A program made the position numbers and the translations under genes. Under the pieces are notes generated by a model that did not search any database, was not told the origin of the DNA, and worked only from the letters and a program-made list of their open reading frames with translations. A stretch of 64,000 bases of DNA from an uncultured cyanobacterium (GTDB lineage: Bacteria > Cyanobacteriota > Cyanobacteriia > Cyanobacteriales > CAWCAG01): contig CAWDOD010000002.1 in assembly GCA_963803805.1 (NCBI GenBank), positions 384,001 through 448,000 of the forward strand, given 5' to 3'. This document shows positions 10,647 to 22,167 of this stretch, one piece after another. Every line of letters begins with the position of its first letter. The stretch's first letter is position 1.

Positions 10647-12365
10647 TTAAAATAAAAAATAACGCTGGGCCATCGGTAACTCTGTTGCCGGTTCACAGGT
10701 TAAAAGTTCCCCATCAGCCCTAACTTCGTAAGTTTCTGGATCTACTTCAATTTCTGGGGTTGCATCATTCAGCTTCATATCTGCTTTGGATAATTTTCTT
10801 GTATTCGCCACCGCTACTACCGGAGTCTGCAAACCAATTTCTGCTGCAATCCCCGCTTCTACGGCAGCTTGGGAAACGAAAGTTAAAGATGTTGCGGCGA
10901 TCGCACCTCCAAAACTACCAAACATAGGACGCATATGTACAGGTTCAGGAGTAGGTATACTAGCATTGGGATCACCCATTTGTGACCAAGCGATTCCGCC
11001 TCCTTTAATTACCATTTCTGGTTTGACCCCAAAAAAGGCTGGTTTCCACAAACACAGATCCGCGAGTTTACCTTCTTCAATAGAACCAACACAATGGGCG
11101 ATACCATGGGCAATAGCAGGGTTAATAGTGTACTTAGCGATATAACGTTTAGCCCGGAAGTTATCATGGCTAGCATCACTATTTTCTCTCTCCTGTAACA
11201 ATCCCCTTTGTACCTTCATTTTATGGGCAGTTTGCCAGGTACGAATAATCACTTCCCCTACCCTCCCCATAGCCTGAGAGTCAGAAGCAATCATACTAAA
11301 TGCCCCCAAATCATGGAGAATATCTTCTGCCGCGATAGTTTCTCGCCTAATCCTTGATTCTGCAAAAGCGACATCTTCAGGGATACTTTTATCCAGGTGA
11401 TGGCAAACCATCAACATATCTAGATGTTCTTCTAAGGTATTGGTGGTATAAGGGCGGGTAGGATTGGTAGAAGAAGGTAGAACATTGCTTTGGGCGCAAA
11501 CTTTGATAATATCAGGGGCATGGCCTCCCCCTGCCCCTTCGGTATGGTAGGTATGGATGACACGATTTTTGAAAGCAGCAATGGTATTTTCCACAAATCC
11601 TGCTTCGTTGAGGGTATCAGTATGAATCGCTACCTGGATATCATACTCATCAGCAACATTCAAACAAGTATCAATGGTGGCGGGAGTTGTCCCCCAATCT
11701 TCATGTAACTTTAACCCCATTGCCCCCGCCCTGACTTGTTCTACCAAGCCTTCTGGTTTGGCACTGTTGCCCTTACCCAAAAAGCCTAAATTCATGGGGA
11801 AAGCTTCTGCTGCTTGTAACATCCGGTGCAGATGCCAAGCCCCAGGAGTACAAGTTGTAGCATTTGTACCTGTAGCGGGGCCTGTTCCTCCCCCTAACAT
11901 GGTGGTAATACCAGAGGCGATGGCCGTTTCGATTTGTTGGGGGCAAATAAAATGAATATGGCTATCAATCCCTCCAGCCGTAAGAATCTTCCCTTCCCCG
12001 GCAATCACTTCTGTGGCAGGGCCAATAATAATATCGACATTATCTTGAATATAGGGATTACCTGCCTTACCAATTTTCTCAATCTTGCCATCCTTAATAC
12101 CAATATCCGCCTTAACAATCCCCCACCAATCCAGAATCAAAGCATTAGTAATCACCGTATCCACCGCACCATCAGCACGAGAAATGGGGGATTGCCCCAT
12201 GCCATCACGAATTACCTTACCGCCGCCAAATTTAACCTCATCGCCGTAGGTGGTGTAATCTCGTTCAACTTCAATAAATAATTCTGTATCTGCTAAACGG
12301 AGGCGATCGCCTGTAGTGGGGCCAAAGGTTTCTGCATAGGCACGACGATCCATTCCATAGCTCAT
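10647..12365 (-). CDS. ureC: Urease subunit alpha
   Basis: [38 protein letters not shown]-terminal [10 protein letters not shown]. Confidence 0.98.
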   Translation of the reverse strand: MSYGMDRRAYAETFGPTTGDRLRLADTELFIEVERDYTTYGDEVKFGGGKVIRDGMGQSPISRADGAVDTVITNALILDWWGIVKADIGIKDGKIEKIGKAGNPYIQDNVDIIIGPATEVIAGEGKILTAGGIDSHIHFICPQQIETAIASGITTMLGGGTGPATGTNATTCTPGAWHLHRMLQAAEAFPMNLGFLGKGNSAKPEGLVEQVRAGAMGLKLHEDWGTTPATIDTCLNVADEYDIQVAIHTDTLNEAGFVENTIAAFKNRVIHTYHTEGAGGGHAPDIIKVCAQSNVLPSSTNPTRPYTTNTLEEHLDMLMVCHHLDKSIPEDVAFAESRIRRETIAAEDILHDLGAFSMIASDSQAMGRVGEVIIRTWQTAHKMKVQRGLLQERENSDASHDNFRAKRYIAKYTINPAIAHGIAHCVGSIEEGKLADLCLWKPAFFGVKPEMVIKGGGIAWSQMGDPNASIPTPEPVHMRPMFGSFGGAIAATSLTFVSQAAVEAGIAAEIGLQTPVVAVANTRKLSKADMKLNDATPEIEVDPETYEVRADGELLTCEPATELPMAQRYFLF

Positions 12366-12513
12366 ATCATTTATCTTTTGTTATTTATTATTTATCAATA
12401 ATAGCTTTTTCCGTTCCAAACCAATCATAAAATAGGCTTTATAATTGATGGGATATAACCTACAGCAGCCATTCGTTGCGAAAACCACTTCCTACCTCCC
12501 TCATACTACAAAC

Positions 12514-12541
12514 AAGATGACAGCAACATAACTGTCATCTT
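12514..12541. promoter_or_regulatory. Perfect 10-bp inverted repeat in the divergent ureC/plsC intergenic region
   Basis: AAGATGACAG-N8-CTGTCATCTT. Confidence 0.4.
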
Positions 12542-12612
12542 TGCAGCAGACATAAAGCAACAAGACCCTTAATCTTTAATTTATAGACATTTTTATTAAA
12601 TCCCCCAAGCAA

Positions 12613-13365
12613 ATGAATCAACTCCTTCGCCCCTTTCAAAATAATCAAGAAAAGAGCAAAGCAAAGGATTCGAGTGCTGTTAATTCTCAGATCTCGCCTT
12701 GGTTAACTCGATTTGCTTACCCCCTAGGCAGAAAAATAGTTTTACCATTCTATTTCAGTGATATTGAAGTACGGGGGCAAGAAAATGTTCCCCATACTGG
12801 GCCCGTAATTCTTGCACCTACCCATCGTTCTCGTTGGGATGCCTTGCTTATCCCCTATGCTACAGGTCGTTGCGTTACTGGGAGAGACTTAAGGTTTATG
12901 GTAACTAGCGACGAAGTTAAAGGTATTCAAGGCTGGTTTATTCGGCGTTTAGGGGGTTTTGCTGTAGATACCAAACGTCCCACTGTGAGTAGCTTACGCC
13001 ATGGCGTAGACTTGTTACGCCAAGGAGAAATGGTAGTCATTTTTCCTGAAGGTAACATTTATCGGGGCAAGGAAATTAGCAAACTTAAATGTGGTTTAGC
13101 CCGTCTTGCTTTGCAAGCACAAGCTTCTCAACCAGAGATTGGTGTCAAGGTTCTGCCGATTAGTTTGGATTATGAAGAAGCTATTCCTCGCCGAGGTTGT
13201 GGGGTCAAAATTGATATTGGCGCACCTTTAGATGTTGCTAATTATCAAAGCACCTCAACGAAAAAAGCAGCTAAATCCCTAATGCAAGACTTAGAAACTA
13301 CTTTAATCAATCTTCAACACCCTACACCTCAATCTTTTCCACAGTCTTTAGCTCTTAGCTCTTAG
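12613..13365 (+). CDS. plsC: 1-acyl-sn-glycerol-3-phosphate acyltransferase
   Basis: HxxxxD 'PTHRSRWD' and 'IFPEG' motifs. Confidence 0.85.
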   Translation: MNQLLRPFQNNQEKSKAKDSSAVNSQISPWLTRFAYPLGRKIVLPFYFSDIEVRGQENVPHTGPVILAPTHRSRWDALLIPYATGRCVTGRDLRFMVTSDEVKGIQGWFIRRLGGFAVDTKRPTVSSLRHGVDLLRQGEMVVIFPEGNIYRGKEISKLKCGLARLALQAQASQPEIGVKVLPISLDYEEAIPRRGCGVKIDIGAPLDVANYQSTSTKKAAKSLMQDLETTLINLQHPTPQSFPQSLALSS

Positions 13366-13388
13366 CTCTTAGCTCTTAGCTCTTAGCT
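13348..13388. repeat. Heptamer tandem repeat (TTAGCTC) x about 6, STRR-like
   Basis: Read directly; spans the stop codons of both convergent genes. Confidence 0.9.
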
Positions 13389-14527
13389 TTTTGGCGTTCG
13401 GTTGCTTCTTGCTTCCTACTCCCTACTTCCTCAACCATGGAAGGCAACGTCACTACAAACTCAGTTCCTACTCCAACTTCACTATTAACTTCTAGACAGC
13501 CTTGATGTAATTCTATACAGCTTTTAACAATAGCAAGACCTAAACCAGTTCCTTTGATTTTACCAACATTAGTACCACGATAAAAGGATTCAAATATTTC
13601 TTGTTGCTCTTGATAAGGAATACCAATTCCTTGATCCTGGATGCAAAAAACAACCCGACCTCTACTACAAAAAAGCTCAAACTTGACAATTGAAGCTTCA
13701 GGAGAATACTTGATAGCATTTGTCAGTAAATTAGTCAAAATATGCTGCAATAAATGCTTATCCATACAAGTATTATGACATTCACCTTTAGAAGTAAAAA
13801 CTATAGTTGATTGAAGACGGGAATTTATCTTCACATCTTCTACTATCTCTTGACATAGTTCTAATAAATCTAAAGGTAAAGGACGAAACTCCAACCTTCC
13901 GGCTTCCGCATCCCCTACCACCAAAACATCATCAAGCAGATGACGCATATGTTCAACAGAATTGTGAATTCTGCGAAAGTTTTTCCGCTTTTTTTCATCT
14001 ATTTTCTCTTGACAATAAAATTCCAGCATTTCTGTGGCGGAAAGGATCGTTGTTAAAGGAGTACGGAATTCGTGGGAAGTTAGGGATAAGAAATTTGTTT
14101 TCAGTTGATTTAGTTCTTGCTCTTTTACTAAAGCTTGGTGGATTCTGACTTCTGCTTGATGACGGGCAAGAGCTATTTCAATAGTTGTATGTAACTCTCT
14201 TTCCTCAAAGGGCTTTAATAAGTAACCAAATGGTTCACTTAATTTAGCTCTTTGTATAGTTGCTAAGTCATTATGGGCAGTTAAATAAGCAACGGGAATA
14301 TCAAAGCATTCTTTGATTTTTTCAGCAGCCTCCACCCCATCCATTTGACCAGCTAAAATAATATCCATTAAAACCAAATCTGGCTTCAGGATACCTACTT
14401 GATTAAGAGCCTCTTCTCCTGAAGAAAAGACACCGGGAACTTTATAACCCAAGCTTTTCAGGGTGGTTTCAATGTCGAAGGCGACTATTTCTTCATCTTC
14501 GACTACTAGTATTTTGGTAGCTGGCAT
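13376..14527 (-). CDS. Hybrid response regulator-histidine kinase (REC-HisKA-HATPase)
   Basis: ILVVEDE...LMD receiver, SHEFRTPL, NLLTNAIKYS, DQGIGI, GTGLGL. ATG at 14527 preferred over TTG at 14545. Confidence 0.9.
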   Translation of the reverse strand: MPATKILVVEDEEIVAFDIETTLKSLGYKVPGVFSSGEEALNQVGILKPDLVLMDIILAGQMDGVEAAEKIKECFDIPVAYLTAHNDLATIQRAKLSEPFGYLLKPFEERELHTTIEIALARHQAEVRIHQALVKEQELNQLKTNFLSLTSHEFRTPLTTILSATEMLEFYCQEKIDEKKRKNFRRIHNSVEHMRHLLDDVLVVGDAEAGRLEFRPLPLDLLELCQEIVEDVKINSRLQSTIVFTSKGECHNTCMDKHLLQHILTNLLTNAIKYSPEASIVKFELFCSRGRVVFCIQDQGIGIPYQEQQEIFESFYRGTNVGKIKGTGLGLAIVKSCIELHQGCLEVNSEVGVGTEFVVTLPSMVEEVGSRKQEATERQKAKS

Positions 14528-14618
14528 AGTTTGATCATAAGGCAATAGCCTAGAGAAAGATTACTACTAACTAAATCTATATTTACATCAATAATTTGTG
14601 GTTGCTACTGTAGAAAGG

Positions 14619-17447
14619 TTAGGGTCGTTGAGCAATAATTTTAAACTCTGTACCTTGGTGGCGATTGAGTTCAACTATACCTCCTAGCTGCTTAGTTAAT
14701 CGGCGTACCAACTGCAAACCTAAAGTGTTAGTGGTATGTAAGTCTAAATTGTCTGGCAAACCAACGCCATCATCCTTAATAGCGAGAATAAAGGAATTTT
14801 TTTCACTACTATGAAGACTGACCCTAATTTCTCCTTTCCTACGTCCTGAAAAAGCGTATTTTAAACAATTGGAGATGAGTTCGTTGATAATTAGACCACA
14901 AGGGATAGCTAAATCTACGCCTAAAGCAATGGGTTCGACATTAATAGTGAGATGAATTTGGCAAGAATTAATACTGTAGGAGCGTAACAGATTGCTAGTT
15001 AGGTTTCGTATGTATTTTTGTAAATCCACCTCAGCTAAATTAGAAGACTGATAAAGTTGTTCATGAACTAAAGCCATACTTCTGACTCGGTTTTGACTTT
15101 CTGAGACTAGATCCATAGTTTGCCTATCTTCGATATGTCGAGATTGCAAGCGCAATAAACTAGAAATGATTTGCAGATTATTTTTGACGCGATGGTGAAT
15201 CTCTTTGAGTAAAGTTTCTTTTTCTTGTAAAGAGGCTTTAATCTTATCTTCTGCTAACTTGCGCTCAGTGATGTCCCTATCCATCCCTCGATAACCTTGG
15301 AATTGATTAGCACTGTCAAAGATAGGTACACCACTGGTTTCCATGACTACCAAATGACCTTTTTTGTGTATACAAGCATTTTCTATACATTGAAAGGGCT
15401 TTTTGGCTCTAAAAAACGTTTCCAGTAGCCCTTTTACCCTCTCTGCTTCTTGATTGGACATTAAATCAAAAGGACTCTTGCCCAATAATTCCTCTGGTTG
15501 ATAACCCCAAATGCTAGAAACTTGAGGGCTAGCATAGGTAAATAGTAGATTTTTGCTTAACTCCCAGACAAAATCACTGCTGGTTTCTACTAAACTTCGG
15601 AAACGCTCTTCGCTACGACTTAAAGCTTCTGCTGCTTCTTTTCTTTCAGTTATATCTTCAGCAATACCCGCTAAACGATATACTTGGCCTTGTTCGTTAC
15701 AAATAGGAAAAGCGCGATCACGAACCCAACGGACTTCTCCATTAGGACGGATAATACGATACTGTTCATCACTCCCTGAGTGCATTTGCTGGGAAGTAAG
15801 AGCAACTACACGCTCTCGATCTTCTGGGTGAATAGCCGCTTGCCAAGTTTGAATTGAATTATAAATGGAACTACGCTGCCGACCCCAAATTTTCTCAAAG
15901 GCCGGGCTGACGTAAATAGCTTTTCTGGTATCAGGTTCGGTGATCCAAAAGGCACTTTCTGTATTTTCTGCTAACTGACGGAATTTTTCTTCACTTTCAG
16001 TGAGGGCAACTTCTGCTTGTTTGCGGTCAGTGATTTCTCTTTGTATACAAAAGTTTCCGGTAATTCTCCCCTCTTGATCGTACATACAAATTATTTTTGA
16101 TTCTGTCCACATGGGAGTGCCATTTAACTTAAGCTCTTGGGCTTCTACTTGTAGGTTTCCCGCCTCAAAACAACGTCTAGCAATTTCTCTACTTCTTTCT
16201 AGGTCATGGCCCAATAACTCTTTTAAAGTTAAGCCATTCAGTTGTCCTGGTTTAGCGCCATATTGAGCGAGCATAGCATCATTGATTTTAGTGAAGCGCA
16301 TATGCTCGAATACATAGTCCAAAGCAGCTTCTTTATCAACGGTATCATCCCAACGTACTGGTTCGTCGAGCATCATAAAAGAAAAACCATCTAAGGATTG
16401 AGAAAAGAACAATTCTAGTTTTTGTTCACTTTCCCGTAGGGCTACTTCTGCCCGTTTGCGTTCTGCCAATTCTTTTTCTAACTCAGCAGTGCGTTGTTCT
16501 ACTTGGGCTTCTAGGTTTTGATTTTGTTGTTCTATTTGAACAAATAGGTGATCACGCTCTTCTTCTGCTTTTTTACGGGCTGTGATATTTATACCTACTG
16601 ATACAGCCGCTTTCCCTTGCTGATATTTTTGGGCGGCAATTAAGTAATGGCGGTTTGTACCATCAATTTGAGCTTGAATTGTTTTGGAAGCTCCTGTTTT
16701 GCTGCTATTCATGAATTCTGCTATAAAACGAGAATACTGGGAGCTACTTTTACGAAAGCCGATTTCTTGCCCAATAAATTCTTCTGGAGAGAGGTTGAAT
16801 GCAGCAGCGAGATAGCGATTAACTCCCAAGTAATGTCCTTCAGCACTTACCCAAGAAACAAACCCTGGAACCGCATCTAAGACCGCTTGTAGCTGATCGT
16901 TTGTTGCTTGTAAAGTTCCTTTGGCTAGCTTACTCTCTGTAATATCTCGACAATGGAAGACCATACCTTTAACAGAGGGATCATCTAGGAGATTTTTGCC
17001 CCAGGATTGCAATATTCGCCAAGAACCATCTTGATGACGGTAACGGTATTCAAGGCAACTAGTAGCGCCAAGGGGTTGAGAAGCTAATTGTTGCCATTCT
17101 TTTTGGGCAGAGGTTACATCATCAGGATGAATAAAGTCTAATACTGAGCCGGAGATGACAGATTCTGGTTTGTAACCCAGTATTTGTTCAACTACAGGAT
17201 TGGTATAAAGGATATTAGTTTGACCATCTTCAATAAAAATAATATCAGAGCTATTTTCAACTAGCGATCGCCATTTGACTTCACTCTCTGCTAAGGTGGG
17301 CAGTTGTTGTTTTAGTTCTTGGGTTTTGTGGATAGCTATGTTGATAATATTTTGCCAGTTACTACTATCAGGAGTAACCTTAGCAAGGTCTGTGAGATGA
17401 GCAAGAATTTGGCTGGCAAGATCGATACTATTATGATCATTTATCAT
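14619..17447 (-). CDS. Multi-PAS sensor histidine kinase (HisKA_2 type)
   Basis: Several PAS/PAC repeats, 'LLKEIHHRVKNNLQ', 'NELISNCLKYAF', 'DDGVG'. Confidence 0.9.
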   Translation of the reverse strand: MINDHNSIDLASQILAHLTDLAKVTPDSSNWQNIINIAIHKTQELKQQLPTLAESEVKWRSLVENSSDIIFIEDGQTNILYTNPVVEQILGYKPESVISGSVLDFIHPDDVTSAQKEWQQLASQPLGATSCLEYRYRHQDGSWRILQSWGKNLLDDPSVKGMVFHCRDITESKLAKGTLQATNDQLQAVLDAVPGFVSWVSAEGHYLGVNRYLAAAFNLSPEEFIGQEIGFRKSSSQYSRFIAEFMNSSKTGASKTIQAQIDGTNRHYLIAAQKYQQGKAAVSVGINITARKKAEEERDHLFVQIEQQNQNLEAQVEQRTAELEKELAERKRAEVALRESEQKLELFFSQSLDGFSFMMLDEPVRWDDTVDKEAALDYVFEHMRFTKINDAMLAQYGAKPGQLNGLTLKELLGHDLERSREIARRCFEAGNLQVEAQELKLNGTPMWTESKIICMYDQEGRITGNFCIQREITDRKQAEVALTESEEKFRQLAENTESAFWITEPDTRKAIYVSPAFEKIWGRQRSSIYNSIQTWQAAIHPEDRERVVALTSQQMHSGSDEQYRIIRPNGEVRWVRDRAFPICNEQGQVYRLAGIAEDITERKEAAEALSRSEERFRSLVETSSDFVWELSKNLLFTYASPQVSSIWGYQPEELLGKSPFDLMSNQEAERVKGLLETFFRAKKPFQCIENACIHKKGHLVVMETSGVPIFDSANQFQGYRGMDRDITERKLAEDKIKASLQEKETLLKEIHHRVKNNLQIISSLLRLQSRHIEDRQTMDLVSESQNRVRSMALVHEQLYQSSNLAEVDLQKYIRNLTSNLLRSYSINSCQIHLTINVEPIALGVDLAIPCGLIINELISNCLKYAFSGRRKGEIRVSLHSSEKNSFILAIKDDGVGLPDNLDLHTTNTLGLQLVRRLTKQLGGIVELNRHQGTEFKIIAQRP

Positions 17448-17515
17448 TGGTTATTTAGTATTTTTTCTTGGGAAGTTTTCAATCTAACTTAACTTATAAA
17501 ATTTGTGATTTTGTT

Positions 17516-19051
17516 ATGGATAGTTATTTAATTGGTGTAGATATTGGTACAACTAGCGTTAAATCAGTTCTCTTTACAAGTAAAGGTGAAGTTGTTAGTA
17601 AGTATGGCCTTGATTATCCTCTCTATTCTCCTGTTCCCTATGCCGCCGAACAAGCTCCAGAGGAGATATTTACAGCTACTATTACTACGGTTAGCCAAGT
17701 AGTTGCCCAAAGTAAGGTTGCCCCTTCAAAAATACTGGCTCTTTCTTTTAGTAGTGCGATGCACAGTTTGATTGCTATGGATGGGGAAGGAAAACCCCTA
17801 ACCCAAAGTATTACTTGGGCTGATAATCGTAGTGTTGAGGTGGTAGAAACTATTAGGCAATGGCGCTCAGAAGAGAGTCTTTACAAAACAACCGGGCTTC
17901 CTATCCATGCCATGTCTCCTTTGGTTAAACTTGTTTGGTTACAGCAAAGGCATCCTCTAATTTTCAACCAGGCTGCTAAGTTCATTTCTATTAAAGAGTA
18001 TGTTTTATTTAAGCTTTTTCATAGCTATGTAGTTGATTATTCTATTGCTGCTGCTACAGGTTTATTTAATTTAAAACAATTCACCTGGGATAGGGATATT
18101 TTGGCTTTTTTAGGTATTAGTAAAGAACAATTATCTCAATTAGTACCTACTACTTATATACTGAATTTGATGGAAGCAAAATATAGTAGCTTCATGGGGC
18201 TTTCTCCTCAAATTTCTACTATTGTTGGTTCTAGTGATGGTGTTTTAGCTAATTTGGGGTTAGGGGCGATTAAACCGGGAGTTACGGTAGTTACGGTGGG
18301 GACAAGTGGAGCGGTACGCACTGGGGTTAAGAAAGCTATTTTATCTTTTCCTACTCGACTATTTTGTTATCCTTTAACTTCTCAATACTGGGTATTGGGG
18401 GGAGCAAGTAATAGTGGCGGCATTGCTTTACAGTGGTTAAAAGAGCAACTTTTAGAAACAGAAGAAAGTTATGGGACTTTAACGGCTTTAGCTCAGAAAG
18501 TTCCTGCGGGGGCTGAAGGATTGATTTTTCATCCCTATTTAACCGGAGAACGAGCGCCTCTTTGGAATTCTAGCGCTAAGGGAAGCTTTTTCGGTTTGAG
18601 TTTACGCCATCGTAAAGCTCATTTAGTAAGGGCTGTTTTGGAAGGGGTGGTTTATAATTTATATTTAATTTTCCAAGCTTTAGCACCATTAGCAACCAAA
18701 AATACAGTGATTAAAGCTACAGGAGGATTGGCTGATTCTGAGTTGTGGAGACAAATTTTAGCTGATGTTTTTGAACAAAAAGTGATTGTTCCTAGCCAGT
18801 TGGAAAGTTCTTGTTTGGGGGCTGTGATTTTAGCTTTATATGCCCTAGAAAAGATACCTTCTTTAGAGAGTTTTACTCCCATAGTTACAGAAAGCTACAG
18901 CCATAAACCGATTTTAGCTAATACAAAGGTATATAAAAAGTTACTGCCTATTTATCAAAGTTTAGGAGGTAAGTTTGTCGAAGAGTATAGCTATTTAGAG
19001 CAAGCTTTTGCTTCTGAAGGGAATATAGATATAGAGGAGGTGACTGGGTGA
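17516..19051 (+). CDS. gntK: Gluconokinase (FGGY carbohydrate kinase)
   Basis: GVDIGTTS, FSSAMHSLI, TWADNR, PIHAMSPLVK, GTSGAVR, PYLTGERAPLW; ATG at 17516 preferred. Confidence 0.85.
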   Translation: MDSYLIGVDIGTTSVKSVLFTSKGEVVSKYGLDYPLYSPVPYAAEQAPEEIFTATITTVSQVVAQSKVAPSKILALSFSSAMHSLIAMDGEGKPLTQSITWADNRSVEVVETIRQWRSEESLYKTTGLPIHAMSPLVKLVWLQQRHPLIFNQAAKFISIKEYVLFKLFHSYVVDYSIAAATGLFNLKQFTWDRDILAFLGISKEQLSQLVPTTYILNLMEAKYSSFMGLSPQISTIVGSSDGVLANLGLGAIKPGVTVVTVGTSGAVRTGVKKAILSFPTRLFCYPLTSQYWVLGGASNSGGIALQWLKEQLLETEESYGTLTALAQKVPAGAEGLIFHPYLTGERAPLWNSSAKGSFFGLSLRHRKAHLVRAVLEGVVYNLYLIFQALAPLATKNTVIKATGGLADSELWRQILADVFEQKVIVPSQLESSCLGAVILALYALEKIPSLESFTPIVTESYSHKPILANTKVYKKLLPIYQSLGGKFVEEYSYLEQAFASEGNIDIEEVTG

Positions 19052-19410
19052 CTGGGAGTATGATGGTTTAAATGCACATTAGCTTAAAAGTTGTTCTTTA
19101 CTTTAAGTTGGATTTTTTGTCAAAAAAACTTTTAAAATTGCCTCAAAATTAGTTACTTCCTGCTTTTTCTTGTAAGGGATTTTGGAGCAAAAAAGCTACT
19201 TGATTAACCATTTATGGGGGTTATAGAGCTTGCGTTTTAATTCTGCACATAAAGATAGCAGTATGATTTTTTTAATTATCCCATAAAATTACACAAATGC
19301 GTCATTTACAGCAATTTTTGGCCCTTGACATTTTTTAAGTTGAAGTTATGTAAATTCAGAATGTTTGATGACAAGCTCGGTTGGTTTAAATAATTACTTA
19401 TGTTTGCGGG

Positions 19411-19470
19411 TTGCATTTTTCTCCCTTGACATGATATTATGTATATGGTGGAAAAGGTGCGCCCTTAAAA
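19411..19470 (+). repeat. 60-bp inverted repeat, left copy
   Basis: TTGCATTTTTCTCCCTTGACATGATATTATGTATATGGTGGAAAAGGTGCGCCCTTAAAA; its reverse complement matches 24376-24435 at 59/60. Confidence 0.95.
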
Positions 19471-19730
19471 ACTGTTTTTCTAATCAAGTTAAAGAACTCC
19501 TATAAATAAAATATCCTCACCAAGTATAAGATTTTAGCAACTAGCCATTAGCTTATCGCTTTTGGATAAGTCTTTTCTTGGTTCTCTCTTACTTCTCTTC
19601 AGTGCAACTTCTTCCCAAAACTAGAACTTTAAATCAAGCTCATTTTTGCTTGCTACGATACATTAGAGCAAGAGAAATAGATAGTAAACTGAGCCAGTAT
19701 GCGCTAGTTTTGGCTTAATACAACCAAATT

Positions 19731-22163
19731 ATGACCACCCAAGCAAACAGTAAACTGGAACAAGTACGCAATCACTTGCAACAGTTAGGAAATGAGGTTG
19801 CGAATTTAGCTCAAAATCATGCTGATATTTTAGCTAGTCCTAATCTCCAAGAGGCTTTGTTAAAGTTCCGCCAGGCTTATGAAGAGTCGGTAAGAAGGTT
19901 GGAAAGTCCCAATTTTACCATTGCTACCCTTGGTACAACTTCTTCTGGTAAATCGACGATTGTTAATGCTTTAATCGGACGGAGAATTGCACCTATTGAG
20001 GCTGGGGAAACAAGCGGGGGAGTGTTAACAATTAAGCATTCTCAAAAGTTCAGCTTAACAGTAAAAGAAACCGAAAATGCTCAGTGGGAAACGGGAAGTT
20101 GGAGTGATTTAGGCGATAAGAAGATATATGAGCGTATTCGTAACGGGGTAATGTTGCCCTATCATCAAGCCCGTCAGAAACAAGAATTAGTTGCACCGCA
20201 AGTTACAGCTTATATACCAATTTTACCGGCTGAGGATAGTAGTTTATTGGGATTACCGGAGGGAATTGGTATTGAGTTTGTTGATTTACCAGGATTAAAG
20301 TCTATTCAAGATAAGGATAATCTCAAGGTTATTCAAGAACAAGTTGGTAAGGCTTTTAGTTTAGTAACCTTAGATTATTTGCAAGTAGATGATCAACATA
20401 GGAAACGTTTATTAGAAGAGTTAAAGAAAGTTGTTGAGTATTTACAAGGGCGTACTGACTCAATGATTTTTATCCTCAATCGAGTTGATCAACGGGGTAA
20501 AGATGATCTGGCGATCGCCCAGAGAATTGAAAGGTTACAGTTAGAGATTCAAGAAACTTTAGCTTTACAAGATTTACCGGACATTATACCTTTAAGCGGT
20601 AGATTTCTTTATTACGCTCAATGTGCTTGGGGAACGACAGCAAGAGCTGATGATTCTGTTGTTAATGCTGCGACACGTAGAGAGTTTTTACAGGGTTTGT
20701 TGGCAGATTGTTCTAGTTTGATTCGCTTACATACCAGTGAGGATAGGAAGCTAAAAAGCTGGTTTAGAAAGTTGGAAGATAAAGTTGATGAAGGTAGAGC
20801 TATTGATGATACAAGTATGCGAAAAGTTCTTTTTCATGTTTATGATTGGAGTGGCGGTAAGCAACTTTGGCAATGTATGAAGGAGCGCATTCAAGAATCT
20901 TTTTCCGAGTTGGTTATTCTACCTACTTTAATTGAGGTTTTTGAGGGGTATGATCTTTTAGTTCAAGCAATTGATGTAGAACTAAAGATCAGGAAAATTA
21001 GTGAGAAAGAAGAACTAGAAACCAAGCGACAGAGTGTTATTGCTGGCAGTGAAAGATTGAAGGAAGAAGTTAAAAACGTTCGCGACTGGTTTCTCTACGA
21101 TGTTAATAAAATCATTGCGGCTGTTAAAGCCGATGACGCAAAAAAGCGAAGTGAGTTAGAGCAATATTTAAAACAAAAGGAATATAAGATCTCCTCTTTG
21201 CTAGATGTTGTTAGGGAAGTTGAAACAGATTTAATTGAAAACTTAATTGCCCCTGTTCGTGATGCTTTGCAAGAAAACCAAAGAACTTATGAATTAGAAG
21301 AACAACTAGCTGAAGTTGTTACTCCTCCCAAAGCTAAAGCTGTTGCGAAAGCTTACGATTTGGTTGGGCGTAAATTGAGTAACTTTGGTAAAGGTAATTT
21401 AGAATATTTTGTTAAACAAGTACGTCGAGATCAGCAAGGCGAAATCCGCAATCTAGAAGCAGCAGAAAGGGCCGTGCGTTCTCTTTATTATGCTATGAGT
21501 AAAGCTATGGCTACGAGGGCAGAGTTTGCTTTACAAGGGCAAGCTAAACATTTTGAAACAAGCTTAGAATCTTTGGTTAAGGTAGTAACAAAAGAGCTTA
21601 AAGAAGCTTGTCAGCATGAACTTCCTACTTTAAATTTAGATCAAGGAATTATGACCAATCTGGAAAGCTATCTTAGTCATAATCCTCCTCAATTACCAGA
21701 GGAACTATTTAGCTTTGCTGCTGATATTGAACAAAGTAGCACTAAGAAACGAGAAAAAGTAGGAGAGAAACAAGTAACGGAAGTTGAGGAGAAAGGGAGT
21801 TGCTTTAAAAAAGAAGAAACTAAAACTGTAACTAAAGATGTTCATGAGGATATTGAGTATCAAGAATTAAAGCTACCCAACTATAAAAATATGGCCAGGC
21901 AGTGGGCAGATGGTTTAAGTAAGGGAAAAGATCATCTTTGGGATGTTCTTGATGATTGGATTAGTAGCTATTTGAACCAAGTTACTGAAGAATGCGATCG
22001 CGCTATTAATAAAGTAAGTAAGGTTGCCGAAGAAGCTTTTGATAAACAATTACAGGTGATTAACCAAGATGCCGTTACACAAGCAGAGTATTGGCATAAG
22101 TTTGAGGGAGAATTGAATTTAGTTAAGGTAGTTTATCAGCAATTGAAGCAGGAAGCTGTTTAA
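19731..22163 (+). CDS. Dynamin-like (Dynamin_N) GTPase with long helical C-terminus
   Basis: G1 GTTSSGKS, G3 DLPG, G4-like NRVD, extended coiled-coil stalk. Confidence 0.85.
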   Translation: MTTQANSKLEQVRNHLQQLGNEVANLAQNHADILASPNLQEALLKFRQAYEESVRRLESPNFTIATLGTTSSGKSTIVNALIGRRIAPIEAGETSGGVLTIKHSQKFSLTVKETENAQWETGSWSDLGDKKIYERIRNGVMLPYHQARQKQELVAPQVTAYIPILPAEDSSLLGLPEGIGIEFVDLPGLKSIQDKDNLKVIQEQVGKAFSLVTLDYLQVDDQHRKRLLEELKKVVEYLQGRTDSMIFILNRVDQRGKDDLAIAQRIERLQLEIQETLALQDLPDIIPLSGRFLYYAQCAWGTTARADDSVVNAATRREFLQGLLADCSSLIRLHTSEDRKLKSWFRKLEDKVDEGRAIDDTSMRKVLFHVYDWSGGKQLWQCMKERIQESFSELVILPTLIEVFEGYDLLVQAIDVELKIRKISEKEELETKRQSVIAGSERLKEEVKNVRDWFLYDVNKIIAAVKADDAKKRSELEQYLKQKEYKISSLLDVVREVETDLIENLIAPVRDALQENQRTYELEEQLAEVVTPPKAKAVAKAYDLVGRKLSNFGKGNLEYFVKQVRRDQQGEIRNLEAAERAVRSLYYAMSKAMATRAEFALQGQAKHFETSLESLVKVVTKELKEACQHELPTLNLDQGIMTNLESYLSHNPPQLPEELFSFAADIEQSSTKKREKVGEKQVTEVEEKGSCFKKEETKTVTKDVHEDIEYQELKLPNYKNMARQWADGLSKGKDHLWDVLDDWISSYLNQVTEECDRAINKVSKVAEEAFDKQLQVINQDAVTQAEYWHKFEGELNLVKVVYQQLKQEAV

Positions 22164-22167
22164 TTTT

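Noticed and set aside
10647-12365. ureC without adjacent ureA/ureB or accessory genes
   Set aside because: Dispersed urease genes are common in cyanobacteria.
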